The notes: generated from the letters alone by a model not told the origin. Shown: positions 40,346 to 54,459, counted from the first letter of the whole stretch. The stretch: 62,696 nt of DNA, filler included, from Sluysia triapertura (GCA_046118255.1; 5 parts of 5 records of this genome joined end to end with filler, not necessarily neighbours in it), one strand, 5' to 3'. Numbers and translations: made by a program.

Positions 40346-43300
40346 AAAAGTCTTATTGTATGATATTTTAATAATATAGTACTTTAAATAACTTTTGATA
40401 TTTTAGTAAGCATTAAAAGTGTAGGTAACACTTAAGTCAATCTATATTAAATTTTATTACAATTTTAATAAATTACTTTATAATTAAAATAACTGTTGAT
40501 ATATTGATTACGACAAATAATATTTTTGTAACATGTTTTATAAATTTATAAAATTAATTGTTTTACTATTCAAAATTAAGTCGTGCGTAACAAATTCTTG
40601 CGTAGTTCCATCACGCTTTGCTACCTTTATTATTGCTAGGTTTTATTTTATTATTTTTTAATTATTTTATTAATTTATTTTAATTATTTATTATTTATTT
40701 AATTATTTAATTATTTATTTATTAAATTACCTTGTATGAGTTCATATAGAGTACACGATTTATATTTCTTCGAAAAGACATACCTTTGGGATTTTAAGAT
40801 CAATCTGCTAATTTCTTGAAGTGAGGTTTTCTTATGAGAGGCAAATATAAATAAACTTTATTATTTATTAATAATATCAAATAAAAGCTGCTAATTATGT
40901 CATGTCAAGCTAACAATATTTTAGTGCAAAAGTTTTATAACGTGTGAGTCTGATTTTCAATCAATTTAATCAATTTTCGTTTGTCAGATAACCAGTAATT
41001 TGCCTATTTACCAATATGACACGAACTCCTTTAAAATCGAGTCATTAATAAGATTGTTCAGGGTCGATATAATCATCTTTTAATTTTAATTTAATTTAAT
41101 TCAGTATAATTTGATTTATTACATTGTTGTGTTTTATTCGCCTATTTATATTCCCAAATTAAAGATCCATTAAGGAATCCATTAAATAAAAATCCATTAA
41201 TTTTTCGAAAAATTATTAATTATAAAATCCATTAAAACTTCAGTGAAATCCATCATTTCAAAAGCTAAATTAATAACTTTTCCATTAATGTTTTAATGAT
41301 TAAAAACTATTTTCTAATTAAAAATATTTACAAAAATTTTTTGTTTTCTATTTACTAATTTTTTAAATTCCCTATACAATTAATTCTAACATTTTCAAAC
41401 CTCTTTGTATCGATTGATCAGCTTTGTTATTAAATAGATCGGTTTTTATCACAAAGTAATTACATATGTCTAATATTAATTTTACAATTTATTACAAACT
41501 CTATTTGCAAACACACTCACATATATTTGTGATTGTAAATTATTAAGCTTATTTACAGAAAGATTTCATAAATTTTACAATTTTTTAATTTTAAACAAAT
41601 AATTTTTATTAGTTACTAAGTAATAGGTATAATTTTAAAAATATTAAAATAAGAATATCTTAAGACTTATTCCGGAAATAAAGTACGTTGATAAAATGAA
41701 TTATAAATAATTTTCTCTTGTGTTTTTATTTAAATTTGTTTTATTAATAAAGCAATGTAACTGTAAATTGATAGAAGCAACATTAAATAGTTTGGTTACA
41801 ATATTTGTTTTTCTTGTTATTGTTTGGTCGTTACAGAAATACCGTACATAACCTTAATTTGTCAAATCATGTTTTGGTGTTTTGCAATTAATGTAATTTA
41901 TCATTTTATGTGTAATAATTCTTTTAAAAAGTTTTTTTTTAATTTTGATGTTTAAAATTAAACCTTTACTCACTTTATTCCAATTTGCATGCGAGATTTA
42001 TTAATATTTCAAATTTATGACTATAATTATTATTATCATGAATACTTTTAACTACTCTTTTAATTGGCAGAGATAAAAGTTTCGTTTGTAGTTTCGGATC
42101 AAGATGTTTACCCATTTCGTAAAATGCAACTTTAGCCAAATTTTATTAATCAAAAATAAAAGTATTATTAAAGCATGCACTAAAATTAAAATTAAAATGT
42201 TTATTAATTTATTATAATTTAGTATTGTTAATATAAAAAGTCAAAACTTAATAAAAATTATATCGATAATATTGTTCAATAATTATGTATAATATTTATT
42301 TGTGCTCAATTTTTTTAAATTAAGATTTTCGTAGGATCATTAAAGTATTTTATTAAATGATTTTATTGCATATTAACTTCTAAATTTACTAAATGACAAT
42401 AAGTATATCTTGTTTCATAACTGTCCATAAATATTTAGTAGTAATTAATGTCTGGTGATATACGTTTTTCAATTTTAATGTTTTGTTCTTACGCCTGAAA
42501 AAACTTTTGAAAAGAATAATTTTTTTAAATATTTAAATCAAAATATAATTTTTATTGGCATAAAAAATTATAATATAAATTATTACTTTATAGCAATAAT
42601 TACTATAATTACATAATATTATCAATATTATAAAGTTTTTTCTAAATATTTACATTTAATTTTACATTTACATTAATTAATTTCACAATTTGATTTATTT
42701 ATTCTAATTTTAATTTATCTGATTGAAAATGCAAATCAACAGTGGTAACATGAAAATTATATTTAAAAATATTTCGTTATTAACGGATTAATACCTGCAT
42801 TTTGACTTACACTTTTAACTGTAGCCAAAATTGACAAAAATTGTTCTCTCTTGCCTATAATAACATATGATATTTTTATTACAGTAATTGTTTTTCCATA
42901 TATGATAGATTTCCATGGTGATTTAATAATAATGATTATTTTTCATAAATATTATACTTCATATTTAATTTATATTGTATATAAATTATATTATATATAT
43001 TTATACATTTATATATATTAAATATTTATATTGTATTTAATTTCTATTTTGTAATAAACAAAATTGGTTTTCTGATGTTATCAGAACAGTATAAAATCAA
43101 AACTTAAACATTTGAAAATAATCGCAGATTTAATTTTATAACTATTTACATTACAAGAATATGTATAAATGTTTATTGACCTAATACTTTCGCTAGAATA
43201 CACCTTATTGTAAATAACTAAGTCAATATTTTTCAGAAAGGTGCTCATTATAGCGAAATTCACATTATCTTTGCTTATATTTAATTAAACACATATTTAC

Positions 43301-44083
43301 ATAATCTTATATTGCAAAGATGTTTATTTTGTGTTTTTGTTGAATAAATTCAAATGCATATTAAATATTTCTTAAAAAACTATCTAAATTATTACAAAAT
43401 TAATTATCGTGATTTACAGAAATTTCAGTTACATTTAATTCAAAACAACTGCTAAAAGACACAAAAAATTGCCTTAAAATTTTACTAAAATTGATTTTAT
43501 TTAGCTACACTAATTTAAAGCGCGATATAATTGATAAAATTTAAACAAAACTAAAATTTAACCCCTTAAAATATTTTTAGATCTTAAGTAGCAAAGTAAT
43601 AATAATTTCTTTTTGTATTAAAATTAACTTAACACATATTTAATATTGCTTAATAATTTCACTAAATTATAACTAAATATTTATTTGAGTTAAAATTTGT
43701 TTTTCATTTATTTTTAATATGAATATAATGCATGATGATTAAGTAGTCATTTGTTCATGTCAATTAAAAATATTATCGTGATTTTTGATTTTTTCTAATG
43801 AGATACTGATTTGTACTTATAATGTATTCATAAAAATTCACAATATCACAAACAAAAAACAATAAAATGTATACAATATTAACTTTGTTAATTAATCCTC
43901 AATATTTAGAATAATTTAATATAAAATTTCTTATTATTTATTGTAGTTTGATTTTATAAAAATATTTTAATAAATTATTCAAAAATTATCAATAATAATT
44001 TAATAAATTATTCGAATAAGGTCCGGAGGCTAATTTACAATACTTGGACCATTGCATAAAGAATGTGAAGTGAGTAAGATAGA

Positions 44084-44132
<49 letters not shown>

Positions 44133-44166
44133 TAAATAATATTGCTCGTATACCTACTCCAAAGCG

Positions 44167-44660
44167 CTTAAAATAAATCATTCATTATAATATTTCTGAA
44201 ACAGAAAGAACTTTGCCTTTTTCTTAAATATTTCAGAAACTTCAATAATTTGACATTATCTGGTAACTTTTTGCATACATTATCACCTAGTTCATTATCA
44301 CCGTGGATTCTGTATAGATTATTATGTGTTAATGAAATATTCATCTGGGTTACCAAATTTTTATTATTTCTAAGAGATAATCAGGACTTCCGCAATGTAA
44401 ACATTTATGAATTATAGTCATGATTTTGAATTCTATTCTTGCTTTTATTGGCAACCAATGTAATTCCTTGAGATAAGATGTTACATGAGTTCTTCTTCCT
44501 CCTTGGAAAACAAGTCTTGTATTTGATTAATTATTAATTGTAATTTTTTCACTTTCCTATCTGAAATTGAGTGAAATAAACCATTCTTAAAATTTATGTT
44601 GCTGATTATCAATGAATGAACAATTAGTTTAATTTATTCGTTTCTTTATTAATAAATTTT
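44167..44660 (-). repeat. Unclassified dispersed repeat, copy 3 (inverted)
   Basis: The reverse complement matches 32720-33130; both translate to KYLRKRQSSFCFRNII. Confidence 0.8.
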
Positions 44661-46794
44661 AAAATATTTTCTTTAATTTATATTTAATAATAAAATTTAG
44701 AATATTTGATATTTACCATTTTTTATAATAAAATTAATACTTTCTTCCATGTTCATTTTTGATTAAATTGTTTTCGAATAAATTCTATAATATATCAGTC
44801 ACAACACTAAAATTAATGGACGAAAATATTGAAAGAGGTAACATATGACAATCTATAGATGAAAATATTAATTGCGTTTGGAAACATAAACTAAGTATAA
44901 TATTAAATATTAGAAAATGTATTAATAAAGATGCGTAAAAACTAATCATGCATTCATTGATAACAAATATTACAGATTTCAATTTCTTAAAGAAAATGTG
45001 CGAATTATTGCAACTTCTATTGAATTATTCAGCAAATGTAATTTTTCATGTAAAAAGAAAATAAATATAAGAATAATATAAAATAACAATATTATAATTT
45101 ATGAAAATATCAATACAACAGGAAACCCTTACTTATTTTGAAATTTCGTCAAAAAAACCTAAATAAATAAACATAAAAGTAGGGAAACAGATTAATGTGG
45201 CGGAAAATCAGTAATTTCTTATTCAGTAGTCAAACAAATTTAGCACCGAGAAAAATAATTAATCCATTAACTTTAGACACTGGATTGTAAAATAAGATTT
45301 AGAAATGCTAAAAATATTAATAAATAAAGAATTAATAGTATATAAAAATTAAATAATAAATACTCATGTAAAATAAAAATTATTTTAAATATTAAAAAAT
45401 AAAGAATACTTTGAGAGAGCTAGTTATAATAACATATTAAAAAGGATTTAAGGTATCAAATTTTCGATATATTGTTTAAGTGCATTAAACAAAAGACAAT
45501 AAAATAAAGAAAACCAATAGAAACATTTATAATTAAAGTAACATTATTTTACATTTAATTTTAACATGTTTAAAAATAAATTAATATTTTATAAAATATT
45601 TTAAACTTGACAAATTATTATCATTAAAAAACGTGAAGTAGCATTAATTTTTCTTTTTAAATAACATATTTTAGAAATATATAAAATTTTGTTTGATAAA
45701 CAAAAAATTGATATTTTAAAAGTATTTTGTATTTATGTTTTAGTTATTTATTAATCATTTTTTATTTGGTTACACAAAAACAATTCAAACCATAAAACTT
45801 ATTAACATTGTACGCTAAAACCAATCGATACTTTTAATCTATTCACCGTCCCACAAACATATATTCAGGATAACGTTTTGTAAATTACAAAAGATATTAT
45901 ATTTAAATTTATAAGTGATATTTAGAAATGATTTTAATTTAACAAAAGTAAAATTTGTCGTTTTTTAAATTAATTATTATTACTTTTAATATTAGCTTAA
46001 GAAACTTTGTAATTCGTTGTAATGAGCCTATTTTACACTTACAAATTTTCTTATTTTGGTTTCGAAAGCACTTGTAATTTTCTAATTATAAATTTAAAAC
46101 AAATTTATCAAAATCATATTTAAAATTTTTTATCTTGTCAAATCTTATTTTATATGGAAAAGTTTTAATTTCTTTTCTTATCCTTAATTTCTGATATATA
46201 TTTAGCGTAAAAGATACAATTTAAATTAATCATAAATCACTTTTCTTAATTGAGTTTAAATAAAATGTTCACAAAAAGTAAGAAAACTTGAAATATTACT
46301 CAAAAGGTAAAAATAATTTTTACCAAAACGTAATGCTTTAATGAAATAAATATTAAATAATAAATAAATATTAATAAATATTAAATATTAATAAATAAAT
46401 ATTGGTGTAGTGAACTCCATATTTTCACATCAAAATCACAAACACATTTCATCACACATGAACATTTCTCACGTAAACAAAACACTAAATAAATAACTCG
46501 ATTCATTCAAAACATAAACATAGTCATGTGTATTTATTGGTTATATTTATTGTTATCATAATTTCTATTACAATAATAATTCGCATAATAATTTAATATT
46601 CTCGTAACTCTATCAATATTATCACTTTTAAACTGTATAATAATTTTTTTTAAAAGTTTTAATCTCATAATTGTTATCATTATAATTTTATTTTTGTCGC
46701 ATCTCTTCTTGTTTGTATATGTGTGTATATGTAAATATGTACATATGGTTGCACTTTTGTATGTATATATATTCTAATGTACTTTTTCTTTTAG

Positions 46795-47600
46795 ACTCTA
46801 TCACTATTACTGTCTTTGTTTTTATAGTTTTATTACTACTCTATCAACTTCATTTATAATAAATTCAGTAATACAATCTCGTACTCGCGCAATTGGTGAA
46901 GTCAGTAGTAGTAATTCTAACATCAGTGCTCAACCATTATCCAGTCAATCAAGTATTGCAGATAGTTCTACGGTTACATTAAATCGTTTAGGTAGCAGAT
47001 TTTTCATTGAGTTACCACCACTGTATCCATATGTTTCTAACATAACCTCCAAAAGCCTAAATTGTGTTATTAATAGATCATCTGATTCTTCGGGAGTTAG
47101 CAAGCCAGCATGCACTATAAAATTTAAAAGGTTTAAAACATTTAATATGTGGAAATTTTGGGTTTTTTCCTTTTTTCTAATATTAACAAGTATAGTATCA
47201 GTTATTAATGAAAGTTTCGAATGTTCAACAGTATTAGTGAGAGTAATTTAAAGTATTATATCAGTATTTGCATTTATTTTGTGACTACATTATAAATATA
47301 ATATAGAAATGGCTGCATTCGAAACCAAGTTATTTATCTACTTTGCATTATGGATAACTGAAGAAGTATTTTTACAAAATAATCCCGGAATGCGGAAATA
47401 TCACGCTCAATTTGTATTTCGTGAATTAATAAATTTTCATCCAATTTTAAATCAGTTGATTTACTATAATGTGATTGGGATGATTCGTCTATGATAATAA
47501 CAATTAATTGCCAAGATAATGAATTTTCTGATAATATATCCCGTTCATGGGCTTGTACTGCATCGTCTTTCTTATTGAATAATCCCAGCATTTTTTATAT
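46795..47600. other. Coding-like region of uncertain strand and identity
   Basis: A plus frame is open for about 150 codons (46795-47251, Ser-rich). The minus strand gives a helical-looking L/E/D-rich reading (ORF 47591-47334, then ...NVLNLLNFIVHAGLLTPEESDDLL...) with several stops. One is probably the shadow of the other. Confidence 0.3.
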
Positions 47601-48989
47601 TGTAAATAATGTAAATTTAAATGAAAATGTGTAAAAAATTAATTGATTTAATGAAAATTTGTATTAAAATTCGATTAAAAAATTGTTAATTAAAAATATA
47701 TCTGAAAAAATAAATTATTATTAAAATTATTAATTAGTTTTAATTAAGTTTAAAGTTCAAAGGAAACTAAATATTTAGAAAGGAAATATAATTAATTAAA
47801 TATTTACATTACTTGCTGATTGAAAATTAAAATTGTTAATATTTACATTATTATTTGGTTAAAAGAGGCTATTTGATGAAGTATTCTTTATATTTGATTA
47901 AATATTTATATTATTTTATCAAAACTTAAATATGAATATTATTCATTAAAATAAACAAATTATTCATCATTGGCGAATACTACATGACAACGTTAATATC
48001 CACCGAAGAGTATCCTTTGAAAATTTTTGGAATTGTCAAATATTGTTTTGGAATCGTTAATATTTTATCGGAGTCGTCCATTTTCGATTGGAATTCGTCA
48101 ATACTAGATTGATAAGTAAAAATACTCTCATGGAACTGTCAGTGATCTATACCGAATACATCCAGAACTTACCAGTTGATCGAAACTATTAATATAGAAG
48201 AATCATAATATCCGGAATTTTAATGAATAAGTATGATATTTATTGTTAGGATTTGGCATTAATATTTTGCCTTAAAATCGACTTATACTAACTACTCAAG
48301 CATTCGCCTGAGTCAAAATCTTAATTAAAATACGACGTTTATTTATATTCAGGAAAAATCCTGAGTTTATTGTAATCCATTGTATAATTTATACGTTTGT
48401 TTATTTTGAAAGAATAGACATTTGTTTTTTGTGTTATAAATTCGGACATGGTAATAACTAATTTTGTAATTAATTTTTACATTGTTGATCGATTAATTTC
48501 TGAATAATTATTAAGCAATTTGAAGCATTTTGTAAAGTTCTAAAACTCATTAAGTTAAAATCATAAAATTGCAATTAATAAGGTGTTAAACATTACGAAA
48601 CGTAACTAGAGTATCAAAAAAGTAACTAAGAAGGTATTAGAAAATACCAAGTAGCATTTGTTTCACCAAAAATCATGTGAGTACGTATTTCACGTAATAT
48701 AAACTGTATGTCAGAGGCGGACCCGCAAATTTAACACTAGATTTATCAGGAATTTTCCATACCTATTTATACCTATTTTTTTAATATTATTTAATTAACA
48801 AAAAAATAAATACACTTGCGAAATTAGTGCATTTAGTTTGTGTGGTAAAAGTCAAATATTGGTTTTTAAAATAAACATACAAATTTATATAGAAATTTAA
48901 GTAATTTTTAATCAAACCAGTCAAAATGACTGGTTTGGTAAATCTAGTGTTAATAAACTCAATGGTTTCAAACTCAGAAAAGTTGAACA

Positions 48990-49630
48990 ATATCAATATC
49001 GACTATCATAGTTTAAATCTAGATTTAGCCAGTACAATCATGTCCAGATTTCTTCAATCTTGATCAAAAAAAGAAATATAGCAACAGACATTAGAGTCAA
49101 AATTCTTAAACATTTTTGTAATAGTACTAAAATCAATTTTCCGAATTCAGAATGTTTACGTTTCTTCGATTATACAGAATGTGTTTCAATTCCGTTAATA
49201 AATTTTACGAAATTTTTTATGTGTTCAGGATCGGAAATTTTAAACCAAGTCATTTCAAGAAGTTAACTGCGGCTTCTGTAATTATATATGTGATAAAATG
49301 AAGCAGTTGAACAGAATACATCTTCAGGACAGTGGCTGTTTAGCATTTTAAAAATCTACATTACACATTCTTAAAATTATGGAAAATATTAATGACAAAA
49401 ATAATCGAATTATAATACATTTTACATTCCAAAACTTGTCGAAGTTTTTAATATTGAAAAGGCAATAAATAAATGGTTAATGAGTAATGCGAAGAATAAT
49501 TTTTCTATATTTAATTATCCATTTTTGTTTGATGGAATATCAAAAGCTAAAATGTTACAAGATCATCCAAATTCATCATCACTATTGAAGTTACAACCTG
49601 AAATTATACAAAAACATGATAATAATTAAA
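48990..49630 (+). pseudogene. HERC3/4-like HECT E3 ligase fragment (region upstream of the HECT domain)
   Basis: HSLNLDLA...FPNSECLRFF...LKSTLHILKIMENIN.../YNTFYIPKLVEVFNI...KW...FSIFNYPFLFDGISKAKMLQ matches the small-HERC pattern PDVEALRIY...YDKFYI...YPFVFDAQAKTTLLQ. Frameshifted, and no HECT domain follows. Confidence 0.7.
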
Positions 49631-49703
49631 ATTAATAATAATTATTCATCAAGACTTTCATAAATAAAAAATCAATATGTATTTTAAAGTATTTGATGTG
49701 AAA

Positions 49704-50018
49704 ATGTTTTGGAAAATTATGTACATTATAACTTTATTTCATTTATTGAAATTAGCAGAATCATTTTTAGTAGATAATATTGAATATACTAATGCTTTGT
49801 CACCGTCTAACATTGTTACGAAATTATTTTTACACAATTTAACTCAAACTCCTAAATCTGCAACACTAAAATGTAATGAATTGAGATCTGATCGTTTTTG
49901 TTTAATAATCATTTGTGTTACAACTACAACTAGAAATTTAAAGGAATCTAACATGCACTACCAAGATTCGATTATGTTAAAACGCTGCACGAATTCAACG
50001 ACTATTTGTCAAATATAA
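49704..50018 (+). CDS. Possible small secreted protein or fragment
   Basis: MFWKIMYIITLFHLLKLAES resembles a signal peptide and is followed by about 85 aa with several Cys. No family recognised. Confidence 0.3.
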   Translation: MFWKIMYIITLFHLLKLAESFLVDNIEYTNALSPSNIVTKLFLHNLTQTPKSATLKCNELRSDRFCLIIICVTTTTRNLKESNMHYQDSIMLKRCTNSTTICQI

Positions 50019-51087
50019 CGAATTCTCTTACTTAAGTACGTTATTATATATAAATAAATATACTGTAATGAATACATTTTTATTAGTAACAGTTTCTATT
50101 ATTAATATCAAACTTTCAAAAGATTATATAACAATATATTACGATAAACGTTACCATATTTTATTTTGAAATAGTTTACAAAGTTTCTTAATCCCAAACG
50201 GAGAATGTTGTCTCTTCCGGAAATCAAATAAAACATATTAAAATCTTCTTAAAATTTTCACCAAAAATAGAACATTTATTAGAAACTTTGACATTACAAT
50301 TTTAGCATTTTTCCAAACTTCTGCAGGATTTATATCATTATCTGTAATATTATCTTGAGTATTTTTTGAATCAGGATCAATATCAAAGAAATCGCCATAA
50401 TTTTTAAATTTAATCATATATCATTTATGATCCAAAAATCTGTCACAATACACAATTTGAAACAAAAAAAATGTGAAACTAAACATACAATTTATGGTAA
50501 ACCTAATAGTAACTGGTTTTTCTACTTTGGAATTTGAAGCCTTACAAATTATATTATTAAAAATTTTACAACTTCATTTGCAAATAAATAATTAGTACTC
50601 AAGATTGTTAATAAATTTACCAGAAATAACATTATAGAATATTCATTTGTCTATTGACCAACATTAACTGACTGACTATGGATAACTTTCGACTTGTGCA
50701 TTCAAATTAATTTTGAAGTAATAAATAAAATAATGATAAATTTTCATCTTGATTCCCTCTAGAGTAGATGACAAATTTTCCTAATGTTTCTTCAAATTTA
50801 TAAGTGTATCTTTATCTAATAAAAATCATTTTAAATTTTCTCTAAACTTTTCATTCTCTTCAAACTTTCTCATTGAACTTGAAATATTTTACCTTCACTA
50901 TTTCTATTTGCTTTTTATGTAGAATTTTATCAGTAACACAAAAAATTCATTTTTTATTATCTAAAAGTAATAACAATATTACGAATTAGCAATAACAATA
51001 ATAATTCAATTTGATGAATTTCAAACTGTATTTAGTGAAGTTTTTCGGTAATTCGAGTTTTAAATAAAATTTAATCGTGAGCACATT

Positions 51088-51187
51088 NNNNNNNNNNNNN
51101 NNNNNNNNNNNNNNNNNNNNNNNNNNNNNNNTTAATTAATTAANNNNNNNNNNNNNNNNNNNNNNNNNNNNNNNNNNNNNNNNNNNN
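51088..51187. other. Artificial contig linker
   Basis: 100-bp N gap containing TTAATTAATTAA. Confidence 0.95.
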
Positions 51188-51337
51188 CCAAGTATATCTT
51201 GGTAAAATATGTTGCTTATATCTGTGCTTATAAAGTGATAAAAAGGTTTTTATGTCAGTGATAACGTTTTAAAGTTATTCACATTTTTCTTCCCATGGGG
51301 GGTAAAATTACCCCCCAGGTTGACTGACAAAGGTTAA
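51188..51337. mobile_element. piggyBac-like right end
   Basis: Subterminal palindrome GGGGGGTAAAATTACCCCCC, then ...ACAAAGG-TTAA. Confidence 0.55.
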
Positions 51338-51413
51338 ACATTTTAATTATCAATCAATTCCAAACATTTTAATCAAAATTTTATATAAATCTAAATTCAA
51401 GGATCTCAATAAT

Positions 51414-51492
51414 ATGTCAAGAAAATAGTAAAATTAAATTAAAGAAAGATCGTGTGGTAAAGGAAAAAGGTTTATGCATTTAATTTTTTGTA

Positions 51493-51529
<37 letters not shown>

Positions 51530-51830
51530 TTATTAAATTAGTTTATTATAATAATTATAATAATCATTTTAATTTTATCACTCAACAACCAATTTTAATT
51601 TATTTTCTGCCATCGGTAGACGGATTGATTAAAGCTAAATCAACATTTCGCGTTTGTTGTCTAACGATGACAGATACTAATCGAAATCATTTTGTGGTAG
51701 TTTGGTTTTTGTTTTTAAGATATCATAATCAATTATAACTACAAGTTTTTTGTCAAAATTATTAATAAATTTTCGTGAACTTTAAAACACAAATTTAAAA
51801 TTACTTTTTTTTCATCTTCTACTAAAAAAT
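51414..51830 (+). pseudogene. CCCH cassette, copy B (5' part only)
   Basis: ATGTCAAGAAAA leader with KERSC, a (TAT)n tract, a hairpin 51606-51621/51659-51674 (14 of 16 paired), then Y*SKSFCGSL and LSKLLINF (compare LSELLNNY in copy C). Confidence 0.55.
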
Positions 51831-51896
51831 CTATTACAAATTTTAATCTAGAGTTCTGAAAGTACAACAATGACAAAAAATAAGATCTAAACAAAT

Positions 51897-53473
51897 CTAT
51901 TTTTTTAAAGTAAATTCTAATTTGTTAATTATTTCCTGAATACACCTTGGCTTTTCTTTGATTAAACTTCTCAAAAGGTATAAACATAAAAGTTGACTTA
52001 TATCAAAAATAAAAGAAATAGCTTCTAAGATTACTGTAGAGTCCTCTTGAATCGCTGTGTCCAATGACATAGTAGCTTGACCGGTGTTGAAATCATTAAT
52101 GATACTAATAGTGGAATTTTCCATGTCAGCGAAGATCGACAAACTTGATTATACGTCATTGATCCTGTTCAGATGAGTGTCGAAATTAAATGTGGAACCA
52201 ATATCATATCTTATTTCATAAACGTGATGGCAATAATTACAAATTCTACTATATCTCGTGCATTCGCCAGCCGGAGTAGATTCATACAGGTAAATACTGT
52301 TCTTGTAGTATTGGTGTTCATTGGTGTTAGTTTGATTATTTATAGAAAAAGGATTGCTGTTTTCATTGAAGAATCTTGAATAGATATATCTCGATTTTAA
52401 TTTGAACATATACTTTACTACTGGTGTTGCTTTATTTGTCATGATACTCAAATCAATATCTACAATATTTGTACAAACTAATTTGTAAATATTAATAGCA
52501 ATTTCTAAAACTTAATCATGTATTTGCATACTTGATGTGTGAGCATCTTTATTTTTATTCACCATTTTACAGTACTGTAAACGAATATGATTAGAATTAA
52601 ACTGCTTATATTGAGTTGTAAAACATCGTTCATTTGAACTTGTAATCTTTTTATTCATCATCAACACTAAGTTGGGAAATTTTATAATTATTGAATATTT
52701 ATTCTGGTCTTTAAAGTATTTAGACATATCATATCGGTCTTCTAATCTAACATCGTTTTTTAAATAATCGTTCATTTGAATGTTGTATACAATATTTCCA
52801 TCATCATATTTGGATGAGATATGTGATAGAAGACTTCGTATATTAGATTCATTTAATGTGAGCATTAATTTTTACAATCGTCTAAAATTACTAAATAAAA
52901 CAAAACAATTTTTTGCCAAATTTATTAATTTTTCAAATGATTTGTAACAGTTATTGTTAGAAAATATTTGTCTCTTTTTTGCTGTTTTATTTTCTGTATT
53001 TTGGCTATAATTGTTCAATAACTCTGATAAAGTGTAATTATTTTTGTACACCATCTGTGAATTAACAACTATTGGAGAATAATAGTATTTAGCAATAGAG
53101 AACTGATTAGATGTCCAATTACACTGAAGTAAATGCAGATCGAACATCTGCACATGGTACCAGCCACTAGTTGACAATCATAGTGGAGAGTTATAAGTTT
53201 TTAATTTAAATCCGTCAACTAGTGGCAGATGCAGTAAAATAATAATAATAATAATAGTAATAGTAATAATAATAGAACAAAAATTATTTAATAAAAATAT
53301 TAATAATAATTGATAATAGAAATAATAATAAAAATGGTGATAATGAATACAATAATAGTAATACTAATAATAATAACAATAATAATAATGTAAAATAAAG
53401 ATAAAAAATTACATAAATCTTTCTTAATGTAATAAACACATTCTTTCTGCTTATATATCTTATTTCTAGACAT
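51897..53473 (-). pseudogene. CCCH cassette, copy C (best preserved)
   Basis: Leader MSRNKIYKQKECVYYIKKDLC (ATG 53473), (ATT)n tract, perfect 13-bp stem 53163-53175/53214-53226. Four ORF-track ORFs (53177 to 51897) lie in one frame separated by three TAA codons. Includes YYKNSIYLYESTPAGECTRYSRICNYCH. Confidence 0.65.
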
Positions 53474-53519
53474 TTATTTCGTTAATATTAGTATCTTTAA
53501 AAGTCTAAAAAGCTAAAAC

Positions 53520-53950
53520 TTATAATGTTTTAAGTTAATATGGTGCATTTTCGATAAACGTTTAAGGTGTTAATGTGATTCTAATGTTATAAAATAATGA
53601 GTGAATGTTTTAAATAATCATTGATGGTTTTGAATGTCGTTATGGTTTGGTAGTTGTAAGCTTGTGAATTAAAATGTTTTGAATAAACTTTAAATTGTAG
53701 ATTGATGATTTTAAAGGTAATTGTAATTCTGATGTTATGAATTATAGGTTAAAATGTTTTAATAAAATTTAAAGTGCGTTAATGATTTTGAATAGGGAAG
53801 TGATTTTGGTGTTGTAAAATTTTAACTTAAAAACGTATTAAGAATAGTTCTAGTGGACGTGATGCAATAAAATATTAAAAGTTTTTGATAGAAAAATAGT
53901 TAAAATGTTATGGAATATATGATATGTTGAATTCATTTGACATATTTCGA
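53520..53950. repeat. Degenerate ~80-bp tandem repeat upstream of cassette copy C
   Basis: TAAAATGTTTT-like anchors at about 53523, 53602, 53670, 53750, 53829 and 53901. Related sequence lies in opposite orientation upstream of copies B (51335-51400) and D (57900-58200). Confidence 0.5.
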
Positions 53951-54138
53951 TTAATTTTTAAGGTAATCTTTGATGATTTCCGATGCTGGTTAAGATCTTG
54001 ATACTCTGAAATTTTGTCTAAAGTGTTTGAAAGTATTAAGAATTATGAAATGTTCTGAAAAGTGATTTTGTTGTATGGTATTAAAATAAAATTTTAAAAT
54101 ATTGGGTTGGCCACCACACATTTCTTGGCTGTGGCCTG

Positions 54139-54200
54139 ATTGGACGCCCAATTAATGATAATCATGTACATACTATCTCACATCGTATTGGACGTCCAAT
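54139..54200. promoter_or_regulatory. Two palindromic double CCAAT boxes
   Basis: ATTGG-ACGC-CCAAT (54139-54152) and ATTGG-ACGT-CCAAT (54187-54200) in a GC-richer island between divergently oriented units. Confidence 0.45.
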
Positions 54201-54459
54201 CACAGAGCAAAACATAATATTAATAATGTTAATTGATTCCATGCATTATTTAAAAACTTTTTTAAATAATTTTTATTGAATTTTATTAGTAGTACGATCA
54301 TGGTAATAATAAAAGTTAATTGAATTTTAAATATCTATCTTTATAAGAGAATAATTGGTAAATTAAAAAAGTAGTTAACGTATAATAATTTATGTTTAAA
54401 AATTGTAATATTATGAAAAAATTATATTAGTGACAAAAGTTTACAAATCGTCTACAATT

